A stretch of DNA of 64,000 nucleotides from Lytechinus pictus (taxonomy: Eukaryota), in assembly GCF_037042905.1 (NCBI RefSeq), contig NC_087251.1:7380001-7444000 (forward strand). Direction: 5' to 3'. A program made the position numbers and the translations under genes. Under the pieces are notes generated by a model, which saw nothing but the letters and a program-made list of their open reading frames with translations, did no database searches and was not told where the DNA came from. Numbering within the stretch: position 1 is the first letter of the stretch; every line of letters begins with the position of its first letter. Below are positions 24,264 to 37,700 of this stretch, piece after piece.

Positions 24264-24760
24264 GTAAGTCAGAAGAATCATCAGATTGATAAATATTTGA
24301 AATAATTCAGAAATTTCAGATCAATACAATATTTTTATACATGTAGTCTCACAACTGGATATAACTTAAAAGAAATGTGGTTGCTTAAAAAAATGATTTT
24401 TTTTTTTTATTCTGCCTGCATCACCTACATTGCATTTCAAATGTTCCAATATCTCAGAAAAATCAATTGTGAGAATTGAAACAATATTGAGTCCTTTTCA
24501 TGAAAAGGAAATTTCTTTTACGTCCAAACTATCAACTTCTTCATCCTTGAAAATAATAAAAAATATTTAAATAGATTCCTGAAAGAAAAATATCTTAATT
24601 CCACTTTGAACTGTAAAAAATTACCCAGAATTGCATGTTAAATGTACAATTGTAGCATATCTCAGATTGATGCAGAAACATATCTTAAAAATGTAGAGTT
24701 CAAATAGTGTTTAGTCCTTTTCATCATATTTTTTTTTTTTTTTTTGTCATTCTTCTACAG

Positions 24761-24825
24761 GAAGTGAAGAAATCTGTATTCATGTTGCAGAGAATGTCTA
24801 TACACCATTGGATTTCATGTCATGA
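24761..24825 (+). CDS. SMIM26: SMIM26-like terminal coding exon (RSEEICIHVAENVYTPLDFMS*)
   Basis: Long poly-T tract plus ctacag acceptor ending at 24760; phase 1 join gives 98 aa; AATAAA at 24854-24859. Confidence 0.6.
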
Positions 24826-27467
24826 TGGTTATTTCCACCAGTTAGTGTTAAAAAATAAAAATGCATGCATGGGTTGAAATTTCATAACCCTGAGGTATTT
24901 TTTTCTACAATCGCAAGAGTCATATGCACACTCTTTATTATTTGCGCTGACATGTTCAGCTCTAGAGTGCAAACAAGTGTGTATTTAATCTCAATTTTGG
25001 ATGCATTGTATCATATATGAAGAATAAGAGCAAGACAAGGACTTCATAGTGCACACATTCATGTATGAGGCATGTTTTATAATTTATGGCTGCAGTGTTG
25101 TGATGTTGGAAGGTTACAACGTTGCTTCTTGACTGCAGTCCATATGACTGGTCCATGTTCAAAATAATAGGGCACATGTTATTGATATCAGTTACGATGC
25201 AGACTTATTGTGTATTCATAATGTGTAAATTATGCACTCGATTTGTGCCTCTTGCCGGCATTGTGCTTGTTGCACCATTATTGATACCGTAGACTGCTGT
25301 ATTGCTACTCTAATCTAGGTCCATTTCACATACTTGTTAGTCTTTTTCTGAAGATGATTTATAGTGTATGCTGGTACATACACAATATATGTATCAAGTG
25401 ATTTATCCTATTCATATTAAAATGTAATTCTTCTTTTCCCTTCTTGAAGTTAATAACAATTTCATGAATCTAATTGTTTCTCCTAAATCATGAGAATTAT
25501 TCTGAGGATTCCTGTAAGGTCTAAGAGAATTTATGTAAGTGAAATCTCAAGAGTTTATAAACATTTGGTGCTCATTCATAAAAGTTTATATTGCTGTACA
25601 GTACAGTTGAGGAGCATATTAAAAACAAATGGAGCGCCTCAGGCAGTTTCGCCTGCATTACATGATTCAATATAGCAGCAGTGCTGACTTTGAAAACTAC
25701 TATAAAATAATTATTCACAAATGACTGAGAAGGGTAAGATGAAAACATGTCACTGTGACCTTTAACTTTTACCTTTTGACCTCAAAATCAATAGGCTTCC
25801 TGGGATCCATGCTAGTATCATACACACCATATTATAATAGCTTAGGTTACCGGTAAGTTAAACTGAAGTTATCGTGTTTACAAGGAAAAGTTAATGGACC
25901 CACGGACAGACACCGAGCATGATGCCATAATACGTCCCGCAGAGTGAGCATACTTCATGAACAAAGGAGGAAATTGTATTGTTTTCTGGTTTTTTGGCAC
26001 CCGAACTGACCCTTGTTATTTGAAGAAAAAATTGACAGTTGTCTTTTTATTACATTAACTTAATTTAATAGTATTCAAGACAATCTCACCCTGGGAGTTG
26101 AAAATGGTATAAAAAGAGCTATGTATACATGTAGTTTAGAAATACTGGTCTAAAATTTCAAAGCAAAATATGAATGTAAGCAGTTTTTAAACAATTTCTT
26201 TAAATTTTAGGAAATTTTCAGACTAGATGTGTTATTCAATCTTGCAAATTGAACATATTTCTATTGAAGATTTGAAGTTACCTGTAAATATAATTAGCTA
26301 AAAGCAGATATATAGTCTTAAAGAGTTGTTTTTCCAAATATTTATGTAAACTTTTGTTAAAAAACTCACAAAAAATTTTGAGCATTAATCATGCATCAAA
26401 ATAAAGGCATGCCAAATGTGATCGTGTAGAAACAGAAAATAGGGAAAGCCCTTGTATAAACATACATTTACATGTAAATAAAAAAAAAACATAAAGGGAA
26501 CCAAGAGTGAGAAAGAGTGAAAAAGAGAGTAAGAAAACTAAGAAATAAGACAAAAAGGAGATTGAGGAGAAAGTATAAAGAAGACAGAAAGGAAGAGACT
26601 TCAGTTCAACAAACAAAATTAAGGGGGAAATAAGGAGTGATAAAACATGTTTTCTTTCATCCACACTGGATCCACTTTCAGTGACTAGCAAATTCCAGCT
26701 CCAAGTATAATTGCAGATTACAAATGATTTTGTTATGGATTATTATTATTTATTCGTCATTTCAAAATACATAAATTACAGTACAATACAAATTACATGA
26801 CCTGGAATAGAGATGAAGGGGCTGCCTGGGTTTGGAAAAGGTTAAATATAAAATTACCATGACCCACAGGTCTTCCTTCCCACACCCCTTTACCTCCATC
26901 CAGGTCAGTATAATATAAAAAGAAACATATGAATTAAAAGTATACAACTGAAACTGGCAACTGTTAATTTGGCAAAACAAATGTACCATGGATCCATGTT
27001 TTCTTTTGACACCATTGATCACCACATTTTGGTGATCAATGTTGGGATGTGGGATGTTACTGTGAAGGATGTTAACAAACTTGTTTGCATTTTCAAGTCA
27101 AAGCATCATTGGCCACCAATGATATATATGGTGCAATGGCCATACATGTTATTGCTAAAAGAACCGAAACCATGCAAGATATTTTTTAATATAAATGATT
27201 TTGTGAAATATGTTACTATTATGGATGTTAACTGTTACTCATTTACATTTTCAAGCTAAAGCATTACTGGCCACCAAGCACATAAACACCCCTCCATCCA
27301 TGTAATTGCTCAAACAAGATCTAACAGAAAGAATGTGAGACCATATGCAAAAGATGTTTCTGACAATCATTTCCTGTATTCTCAATCACTCTTTCTCCAT
27401 CAAATTTTCTTTGATTTCATTTCCCTGTTTTTTAAATTTATTTTTTAATGAATTGGGGCATTTACTA

Positions 27468-28200
27468 TTTTTATACGTCTGTCCTAGACGGGACGTATTA
27501 TGGTATCATGCTCGGTGTCCATCCGTCTGTTAACTTTGCCTTGTAAACGTGATAACTTCAGTTTAACTTAATCTAGGCTCATATAATTTGGTGTCTATGA
27601 TACTAGCGTGGATCCTAGGAAGCCTGTTGATTTTGAGGTCAAAAGGTCAAGGTCACAGTGACATGTTTTCATCTTACCCTTCTGCATTCCTTGTAAATGC
27701 GATAACTTCAGTTTAACTTAATCTAGGCTCATATAATTTAGTGTGTATGATACTAGCATGGATCCCAGGAAGCCTATTGATTTTGAGGTCAAAAGGTCAA
27801 AGGTGAAGATCACAGCGACATGTTTTCATCTTACCCTTGTGCAGTCCTAGTAAACTCGATAACTTCAGTTTAACTTGACCTAGGCGCATATAATTTGGTG
27901 TGTATGATACTAGCATGGATCCCAGGAAGCCTCTTGATTATGAGGTCAAAGGATAAGGTCACATTGCCATGTTTTCATCTTACCCTTCTGCAGTCCTTGT
28001 AAATGCGATAACTTCAGTTTAACTTAACCTAGGCTCATGTGTGTAAGATACTAGCATGGATCCCAGGAATTCTATTGATTTTGAGGTCAAAAGGTTAAAG
28101 GTAAAGTCGCCACCTTCCACTTTTCTTGCTTAACCAATAACTCCATTTTCGGCGTTACAGGCAGGCGTATTATGTGCTCGCCCAAGCGACTTGTTTTTTT
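27468..28200 (-). mobile_element. Helentron/HINE-like element with ~150-bp internal tandem repeats (4 copies)
   Basis: Repeated gataacttcagtttaactt...ggatcccaggaagcc...gaggtcaaa; terminal palindrome and T-run at one end, cttgtt at the other; partial sister at 25730-25940. Confidence 0.65.
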
Positions 28201-30314
28201 ATGTGATCATATTTAGCATGGTTTTGAGTACCACTGGAAATCAATTCTTTCCCCTGACAAAGGGCTTTGCTGGAAATCGAAAAGAAAATTTTATTTAAAC
28301 TTTTCCATAACCAGAACTGAATACTTTCTTATTGTGTTGAAACATTTGGATAGATTAATCTTATGCTTTGTTACATTGAAATCAGTGATTCGTTACTTGG
28401 GAGTAGGCCTAAATTCGCAACTTTCTTATTCCTTGTTTAGTTCTGTGCAATATAATGCAGATATTTTACATCTGTCACATTAAAATCACTGATTTATCTA
28501 CTTGGGTGTTTGCTTTGTGGTTACAGCTATTCAAAAATCCATAACTTTCTTATTCCTTCTTCAGTTTTATGCAATATTTGCAGATACATGTAGTTGATTT
28601 ATCAACATGTACTTTGGAGTTTGCTGGTAATTGCAGATTTTAAGAATTTATGACTTATTCCTTGTTCTGCTTTGGCAATAAATTGCAAATCTGCTTCTCT
28701 GAAATCATAAACTTTAAAAATAGCTTTTGAATTTTTGATTTTCAATTAAGAATTTTGAGTGTCGTGCTGCATGATATGAAAGTGGATTTGTAATCCTTGC
28801 AAATACCACTTTTAGTAATCTAGAAAGCCTGATGTAGGAAGAAAGTGAAAAACAGAATAATAAAAAAAGTGTATAATTATTTTTTTCAATTTGTTCATGA
28901 GGACAGTCATATTTGCCTTCTTTTTTAAATATTGTACTCCAGTCTGATTGAATGAACTACTGTATTGTGAAATATGAAATATCTGAAATTCATCATTAAC
29001 ATTATCTTTATAATTAAGTACAGTTGTTATATGAAATGAGAATAGAAAGTGGTGAACGGATTGAAATGGTAGAAGAGAGAAAGGAAGATGTAGGGGAAGA
29101 GAGAGTAAGAAATAGAGATAGATGGGAGAAAGAACATGCAGAGTGGTGGTGGGTGGGGGGGGGGGGTGACCAAGAGGAGGGAGAGAAAGAACAGGGAATA
29201 TTAAGATAAAGAGATAGAAGTAATGGGCAGAGTAAGTATGAGTGAGATATGTTAAAGGGAGATCAAATGAAAAGCAGAGGCAGAGTGTTTAGATGAGACA
29301 TGCTTGCATGTAAGAGGAAGAAGTGAGAAAGATGATGATGGAAAGAGGTAGAATGTGATGGGTGGTAGGAATGGCTAGATATAAAGAAAGTCATAAGACA
29401 AAAGGTGGTATTTTGATAATTAAACCTAGGTTTAACCCTAGTCGAAACTAGCATTTTAAACCATACTTCTATGGAATGCTGGGCTTCATAATATTTGTTC
29501 CATATTCGTGGCAATTATAATGTAACAATTAAAATTCATTATATTTTCCTACTCTTTCAATTTCACGATTCAATTATTATTTTATTTACAATTTTTTGCA
29601 GCAGGAAAAAAATAATGTTCAGTTGGTGAATGGGTTTACAACTAGCACTCAATAATAGTGTGGTCCAAGGCTAATCCAGGTTTAAATAAACCATGGCTAT
29701 CAGAATACCACCCAGAATCTAAGTTATGGCTACCTATTAGTAAAAAGAAAAAAAAATCATGCGAGGATTCTATAATCGTACCATATTAACTAGTTTCTTT
29801 TTTTTACTCCGAGTCTGCACTTTGGAAATTACGAGATCCTAAAAGATTTTTTTAATGTGATCTACACTTTATTTCACTAATAAAAGGCTATCAATTTACA
29901 TTAAATCTCTTAGCCATGAATAAACCTCTAAATGAAGGAACAAGATAATGGGTATTTGGTGTCGGGTACAATATAACCCACTTGAGTAGCTTGCCAATGC
30001 AATATTTAGAGATAAACGGGTATAATCTGACATAGCAGCATGCATAACTGTAGATATGCGTCACGATTGTTCAATAAACCAGGGAACAAATACATCAATT
30101 TTTTGCTACTTTGATAACATTCAATTAAGTCATGAAGAGGATTTTGTTTTTCTAAAATAGTTGGAAACTCTTTCTTATATTCACGCTATGCTGCCTTGTA
30201 TGATATGGAAATTATAAACCTTGTACGGTTGTACCACATAAATAGAAATAATCAATATAAATCTTACTCAAAATGTGACTTTCAAATTAGTCACAAATTT
30301 TCAGAAGATCCAAT

Positions 30315-31280
30315 AAAATATAAGACTTGCATCATCTCAGAAATATTGCAAAGTCAGATTAAGAAATAGAATATATATTCCCTCACAAATGAATAATTCT
30401 CCACATTATACCTGTCCACATGTCAATTAGGATTTTTTTTAATGGATTAGATACCCTTCCTGGGCATTCAAATACTAATCTCATAACTTTTTTTTTTGTA
30501 TTTATGTTTTTATTAAGAATCAGATCAAATCTAATCTCATATCTTGCTTTTTATATATTACATACTAAGCCGATGGTGAAATGAAGCGTATTAAGTCTAC
30601 AATTAAAGTTGAAAATCATACCGGATTAACAAGTTGATTGCCTTATAAAGATAAAGCCCTGCCACTATAGACAGCAAGGAATACTGATGAGTGAAGGATA
30701 AATACTTGCAAAACAATCCTAAAAAGCATTTGACCTATTCTTTGCAACTTGTCAAGTAATAATGGTGATGCAAGAACTATGAATTTGACCCAACATCAGG
30801 TGTATCCATGAGTTACAACAGGTTTATTTTAAACCATGAATTAGAACATTAGATTGAATAGGTGTTCAAGCACAAACAGCCATGACCTTGTTAGAACTTT
30901 TTAGGATTGTTTTGCAAGTATTGTGTAATAATTGTTTTTTATCACACTATTATCTTTCACTCATCAGTATTCCTTACTGTCTATGGTTGCAGGGCTTTAT
31001 ATTTATAGGGCAATCAACTTGTTAATCCGGTATGATTTTCAACTTTAATTGTAGACTTAATACGCTTCAGTTCACCATCGGATTAAAGTGTACTATAAAT
31101 AAAGCAAGATATGAGATTAGTATATAAGTGCCCAGGAAGGGTATCTAATCCATTAAAAAAAATCCTAATTGACATGTGGACAGGCGTAATGTGGAGAATT
31201 ATTCATTTGGGAGGGAATTTATATTCTATTTCTTAATCTGATTTTGCAATATTTCTGAGATGACGCAGGTCTTATATTTT
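30315..31280. repeat. Long inverted repeat (arms ~30315-30726 and ~30897-31280, ~170-bp spacer)
   Basis: The arms are reverse complements with scattered mismatches and indels. Confidence 0.85.
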
Positions 31281-31661
31281 CTGTTTACAAAATTGCACAC
31301 AAATATATATATTTTCTAGTATAATACAGAGCAAATATTTAAAAGGGAATAACAGGAAAAATATATCATTTAAAAGCAGGACTACATGCATATTTAAAGA
31401 ATAGTAGGTCTATATTTGAAATATGACCTGTCGGTTGTTTGTGCACAGAGTGGTCATGTCTTCAGACTTTTCCTTTTTGGTTAACCAATCACAAATCATT
31501 AAGTATTCAGATGTAAACTAAAATAATAAGTGCTCATCAATAGACAAAACACATCCCTTACGGATAACATTTTAATTATGATTTTTTTTTGCAAAGCCCA
31601 TGCTTTTATTAACCCACTTTATTTGTATTCTGTGCCTGGAACACAATTTGGGCCAGTTTAA

Positions 31662-32330
31662 CCCTAAGAAGACGGGGGGGGGGGCTGATTCAGCCCCCTT
31701 TGACATTTTTCGCGATAAATTTGCTGCACAAAATTTTTAGACCGCGTTGCTCACTGACTTTTTACTTTTGAGACCAAAATTGCGACCCCCGGGTACGCAA
31801 TACAATATTACGCAATATTTTGTAAGTGCATGCAGGCCCAAAGTTGCTCAAAAACGTGAATTTGTGTATAAATCCAATGCAAATAGAGTTTTTAGCCAAA
31901 ATTCATAAATGTATCATTATTTTTCCTTTTACTGATTAAATCGATTAATTCCATCTTGTTTATGGTCAAAATAAAGTCCCTGACAATTTCTATTGAAAAA
32001 ACAATAAAAAACATAAGAAAATAAATGTGATGTTGTAATTTTATAAAAGTAGATTTGATCAGATCCCTATAAAGAGTCTGTACCAAAAATTAGAATTTTA
32101 GGGGCATTATTTAGTTAGTTAGAGCAAACTTTTGATTTCATGCATAAATTAGCATGATTAATTAGCAATTAGAGAATTGTCGCAGAATTTGACCTTATAT
32201 TTTTGTAGATTATGCCATGGGTAACGTGCGTGCCAATTTTATCGTGATCGACGGCCGAGATCATAAGGGGGGGCTGAATCAGCCCCCCCTCAGTCTTCTT
32301 AGGCATCAAAATAGCCCAGTCTATTTAGGG
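31662..32330. mobile_element. piggyBac-like MITE (TTAA|CCCT...AGGG)
   Basis: ttaa|ccctaag ... tttaggg|tta; related copies at 36087-36829 (both TTAA intact) and ~37560-38211. Confidence 0.65.
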
Positions 32331-32408
32331 TTATTACATATGCATAATACACTCATACTTTTCTGTTGTTTGACGTATCAAGAATTAGAAAAATAATGAA
32401 AGAAAAAA

Positions 32409-33539
32409 AACAAGTGGAACGCCTCTGGCAGTCTCGCCTGCATTACACAATTCGATATAGCAGCAGTGCTGCCTTTGAAAACAGCTAAGAAGAAAACACT
32501 AATGTGATAATAAAATATGTCCATTGACCGAGAATGACATTTGACCATGATCATGATTACCATTATGTCGATGTTTCATGAGCTAGATCCATAAACTTTC
32601 TAAGTTATGATGCCAATTCAACACATACTCCCAACACGGCCAGAGTTCATTGACCTTTGACCTTGGCCATGTTCCTGAAACGCACACAGGGTATTCAGGG
32701 AAACATTGCTGCTCTTATGTCCAAGTTTCATGAACTAGATCCATAAACTTTTTAAGTTATGTTGACAATTCCACAAATACCCCCAACATTACCAAAGTTT
32801 GTTGACTCTAAATGACTTTTGTCATGTGACCAGAAACTCGCACAGGATGTTCAAGGATACTTGATTGCTCTTATGTCCAAGTTTTATGGACTAGATCCAT
32901 AAAATTTAAAAGTTATGATGACAATCCCTCAAATATCCCCAACATGGCCAAAGTTTGTTGAACCTAAGTGACCTTTGACCTTGGTCATGTGACCTGAAAC
33001 TCATGTATGATATCCAGGGATACATGGTTGCTCTTATGTCCACGTTCCATGAACTACATGTAGATCCATAAACTTTTTAACTTATGACAATTCATCAAAT
33101 AACCCCAGCATGGCCAAAGTTCGTTGAAGCTAAATGACATTTGACCTTAATCATGCGACCTGAAACTCAGGCAGGATCTTTAGTGATACACTATAACCTT
33201 TATGTATAAGTTTTATGAACTAGGTCTATATACTTTCAAAGTTATGACAACATTTCAAAAACTTAAGCTTGGTTAAGATTTCGATATTGATTCCTCCAAC
33301 ATGGTCTAAGTTCATTGACCCTAAATGACCTTGGTCATGTGACCTGAAACTCAGGCAAAAAGTTTAGTAATAATTGATTACTCTTATGTCCAAGTTTCAT
33401 GAACTATGTCCATATAATTTCTAAGTTATGACATTTCAAAAACTTAACCTTGGTTAAGATTTCAATGTTGACGACACCGCCGCCGTCGGCGGAAAAGCGG
33501 CGCCTATATTCTCGCTCTGCTACGCAGGCGAGACAAAAA
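32409..33539 (+). mobile_element. Helentron/HINE-like element with ~155-bp internal tandem repeats
   Basis: AACAAG start; repeated ctagatccataaac...tgacctttgacc units; GCC microrepeat; terminal palindrome ctcgctctgc-tac-gcaggcgag then A-run. Confidence 0.65.
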
Positions 33540-34591
33540 CAGTTGAACTTCAAACTATTTACCACCTGAAAAAAAAAATTCATCTTATTCATATTCCAGG
33601 ACTATGTTTTACTGAACAACATTTCCCCTTATTTTTTTATTATATGTCATGTTTGAAGCATAAAGAGAAAACCCGCCATTTTGCATATTTTCAAAAGAGA
33701 TGACAGTTTTCAGTGATGCCTGACATACAATTATCCAGATACCTATTCTTTTATCCAAAACTAAAAGAAAAGAAGTTGCCACTTTTCATTGGACAATGCA
33801 TTTTATGAAATCAAGGTGATAGTAGTGACATGATATACAATGTAACATGATGTATTCTGATTAAAGTGCAAGATTTATCATGCATAAATATTGATGGCAG
33901 TATTTATTAAATATTCAGCATTTGCAAGAAGAGCCGTTATATAATTTTATTCTTCACGCATCAGCATAAAATACCAATATTTGTAGATACTGCAGATCTA
34001 GAGTACATGACCAAGACCCAATCAACTACATCACTGCACACATGTCTAAATGTGTTCAAAACCATATACCAAAACCATATACCTAAACATATATCTTTCA
34101 CATTTCAAAATAATACTATAAATAAAAGCAGAAGTGTTTTGCATTATATTTCCTAAACACTGCAATTTCCTGTACTACAGTTCAACCAGCAATACGCCAA
34201 TATTCATAATTCATACACTTTCACACTATAGAGATTTCCAAAGGGTGCACATGTTATGAGAATACAAATAAGTCTTCTCATATAATGATATTGTGAAGAT
34301 AGTGATGGAGATAATGACAAATTTTGCCAGATATTTCATCCTCCAATCATTGAGGGAAAAAACATGAACTTCAAGTGGTACACTGCCAAAGGAATGGTGT
34401 AAAAGCGTTGCTGATTGTAATGGTTCATTACCAGACAAGACACACACTTCCATATGTCAGCATATGCACCATTGACTTTATGTACCATGTCAACTCTGCT
34501 TCTCGTACCAGAAATTCATCAGTCTTCTTTTTATTGTGAAAGATATATATTCACCATTCAAAGCTATCAGGATGGGCTAGAGTGTCACCAA

Positions 34592-34708
34592 TCAGAGCAA
34601 AGCAAAATGTTTCTTGAGTTGTGAGAAGAGCTCCTTAGAATCACAATGTTCTGGATAAGAATCCACTGCTTTCTTCACTGACCCATAACTGCTTTGGAGA
34701 TCACCAAC
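34592..34708 (-). CDS. TTC8: TTC8 last exon (VGDLQSSY...LKKHFALL*)
   Basis: Acceptor ttgcag; TGA at 34594-34592; candidate AATAAA at 34535-34530. Confidence 0.95.
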   Translation of the reverse strand, partial: VGDLQSSYGSVKKAVDSYPEHCDSKELFSQLKKHFALL

Positions 34709-37700
34709 CTGCAATTGATTAATAGGTTTGTAAAAGTGTTAGAGGAACACTAAGGTTGCAGCAAGAAAACTATTACATTTGTCACAACTGACAATTAAAA
34801 AATTTATCAATTCATGAATGGACATAAAAAAGATTATAAAGTAGATTACAGCCCAATTTCCTATTCATTTAGATTTCTTATTAATACGTGACCACAACTT
34901 GACTTTTGATAAACATGAGCAATGCATAGGGATTACAAAAAAAGATATACAGGTGAGTCGGCCTCTCTTGGTACTCAGCTTCTACAAGACAGTCAATATA
35001 CACTGTTCATAATTGCTCTTAAACCAGGGTTGTTGATTTTTTTTATTTAAATCGGATTTTTATGATTTAAATCAGATTTTTTTTTTTTTTTTCCAACGAA
35101 AAATAATGGTCACACTTAACAAGTTTTAAACTATATTTAAACTGTTTTACACCAATAATAGTGGTCAAGTAGTCTTTTGAACATTGTGTATTGTACTATT
35201 TGACACAATAATCCAATTACATACAGGTAATTTTTTTTTTTTTTTTTTTATTTATTTGCATTATAGAGAGGGACATTTTATGGAAGCCCAAGTAATGTTA
35301 TGTATTATGTATACATTTAAACTCTTGAAATTTTTATATCAGTCAGTTCAAAACATCCGAAGTGTTACTCCAATGCATGAAGTACTCAAAGAACTTGAGA
35401 ATTTCCAACAAAATTGACATTATTAAAGGCCTGTTAGGGTTCCTATACTGCCCTTGGGAATTCTAGCTGGGAATATTTCCTAGAATTATCACATGGGGGA
35501 TTTTAGCTAGGAATATTTCCTAGAACTATCACATGGGGGACTTCCCAACTAACAGCTGGTAATAGCTAATAAACAAAGGTTTTTGCAGCTTTTGTGATGC
35601 ATGAATAAGCATCATGTCTGGAAGAAAATCAGACCCCATTTGGTACTTTTTTGAGAAACTGCCATCAAAATCTGCAACTGGATGCAGAGCAAAGTGCAAA
35701 CTATGTGGTTTTGAGTTGATGGGGATTGTGAAGCGGATGAAAACACACATACAGAGAGTTATTTATCATTACTTCATTAGAAACTTGTTGTTTTCATCAG
35801 TTTTGCTTGTTTTACAATTTGAAAATAAAACAGTGGTGTTAAATCAGACTCAATGAGGGTGTATCATTCTTTTAAAGTATCTCTAAAGCATGTGGAACAG
35901 AAATGAAAATGATTACATTGAAAGTATCTGTTAAGAAGAAGAGAAAACAATTTTTTTTCATAAAAGTTGATTTAAATCAGTGATTTTTTTGAAAAAAAAT
36001 CAAGTGATTTAAATCGCGATTTAAATCATGATTTAAATCGACATGATTTAAATAAAACAACCCTGTCTTAAACACTTGTCATTTAACCCTAACCGGGCTT
36101 TTTTGGGTGTTCCATGATAAGGCGGAGGTGGTAGAATCAACCCCCTTTGAGATCTTGGCTGCCGATATTGCGAACGCCGTGAAAATTGGCAATAGTGTGG
36201 GATATAACCTACAAGGCTGTATAATTGAATCTTAGAAAAAAAATAATGTTTAATTATGCTAAATTACATGTAAATTATACATTTTGCTCAGAAATTCACA
36301 AAAAAAAGCTCGTAGAATGCTGATTTCTGGTGCAAATATTCTTCATACAAATACTAACAGTTACAAAAGGAAAAAAATCCTGGTTTGAAAATAAATTTCT
36401 GATGTATTTTATTGTTTTATGAATTTCTGATGTATTTTATTGTTTCATGAATTTCTTATGTATTTCTCTGTTTTCAACTTCTTGTTTTTCTTTGTTTTTT
36501 ACGCTACATTTACTGTAGAACCTTTTTGGAGCATAATTACACTAAAATCAATTTATTTCAGCAGATGAAAGTAAAAAATAATCATATCTTTATGAATAAG
36601 ATTAGAAAACTAAATTTAAATTGACTTTGTACACAAAATCACGTCTTGGAGCAATTTTGGGTCTGACATGCACTAACATAAAGTTGTGTAATTTTTCAAC
36701 CGCGTACCCGGGCATCATAAATTTGGTCTCAAAAGATGCATTTTCCGCGACAAGAATCGTCGTGAAAAATGTCGAGGGGGGGGTTGATTCAACCCCCAAC
36801 TGCCCCCTTCCCCCCCTGAAGTGTTAGGGTTAAAGCAAACAAGATAACTTTGCATGCAACAAAACAGATGAAAGACAGGAAAATGAACATCCAAGTAGAA
36901 GAGAAAGGAGGATGAAAAGTATAACAAGAAGTGAGCTCAATGGAGTAATACTGGTCAACTTACTTGGTCTGAAAGTGATGCAAAATTATAGTGTGGTTCA
37001 AACATATGAGGAGCAAGCATCTGTGCTGCCTGGAAAAATGCTCTTGCCTTGGAAAAATTAAAATGATAGATTTAATTCTGTAAATTCATAGGACTTACTA
37101 GATTTTATCAAAAAGAGAATATAGGGGAGACCAGGGTTAGTTGGAACATTTTTGACAAAAATGGCTGTAAAATCCAAATAGAATTTATTCGAGATACAAT
37201 CAATATATCAGCTTGAAGCATATATCTAAGGGCTTCAAATGTACCCCATAAAATTTGTAACTCTATTATGGTTACTGAAAAAATCCACCTTGAACAAGAC
37301 CATCGCAACATGGTATGGGGTAAGTTGGAACACTGTATGGTCAATTAAGAATTATACTAAAACTACTTAAAACTGTAATATTACATGGTTTTAGCCTATT
37401 TGCTTAATTTTTTTTCAAGTTCAAAATATTTAAAGTGTGGATTTGTTGAATGTTATGTTTTTCGATTATACAGCCACTCACGCAAGCAGACTGTGTAGTA
37501 GAATTCTGCATATTTGGGTGCGTTTGATTTTACATGCAATTAAGTGTACTATCAGCAATTTCATGTACTTCTGCATCAAATTTACATGACAAAAATGAAT
37601 TGTTTATATTTTTTTCATTAATTAATTATGCAAATAAGCATATGAAATTTGCCCTAAAAAATTGTTTTTTTTTTAATGTTTTTGCCTTTAACTCTATTTA

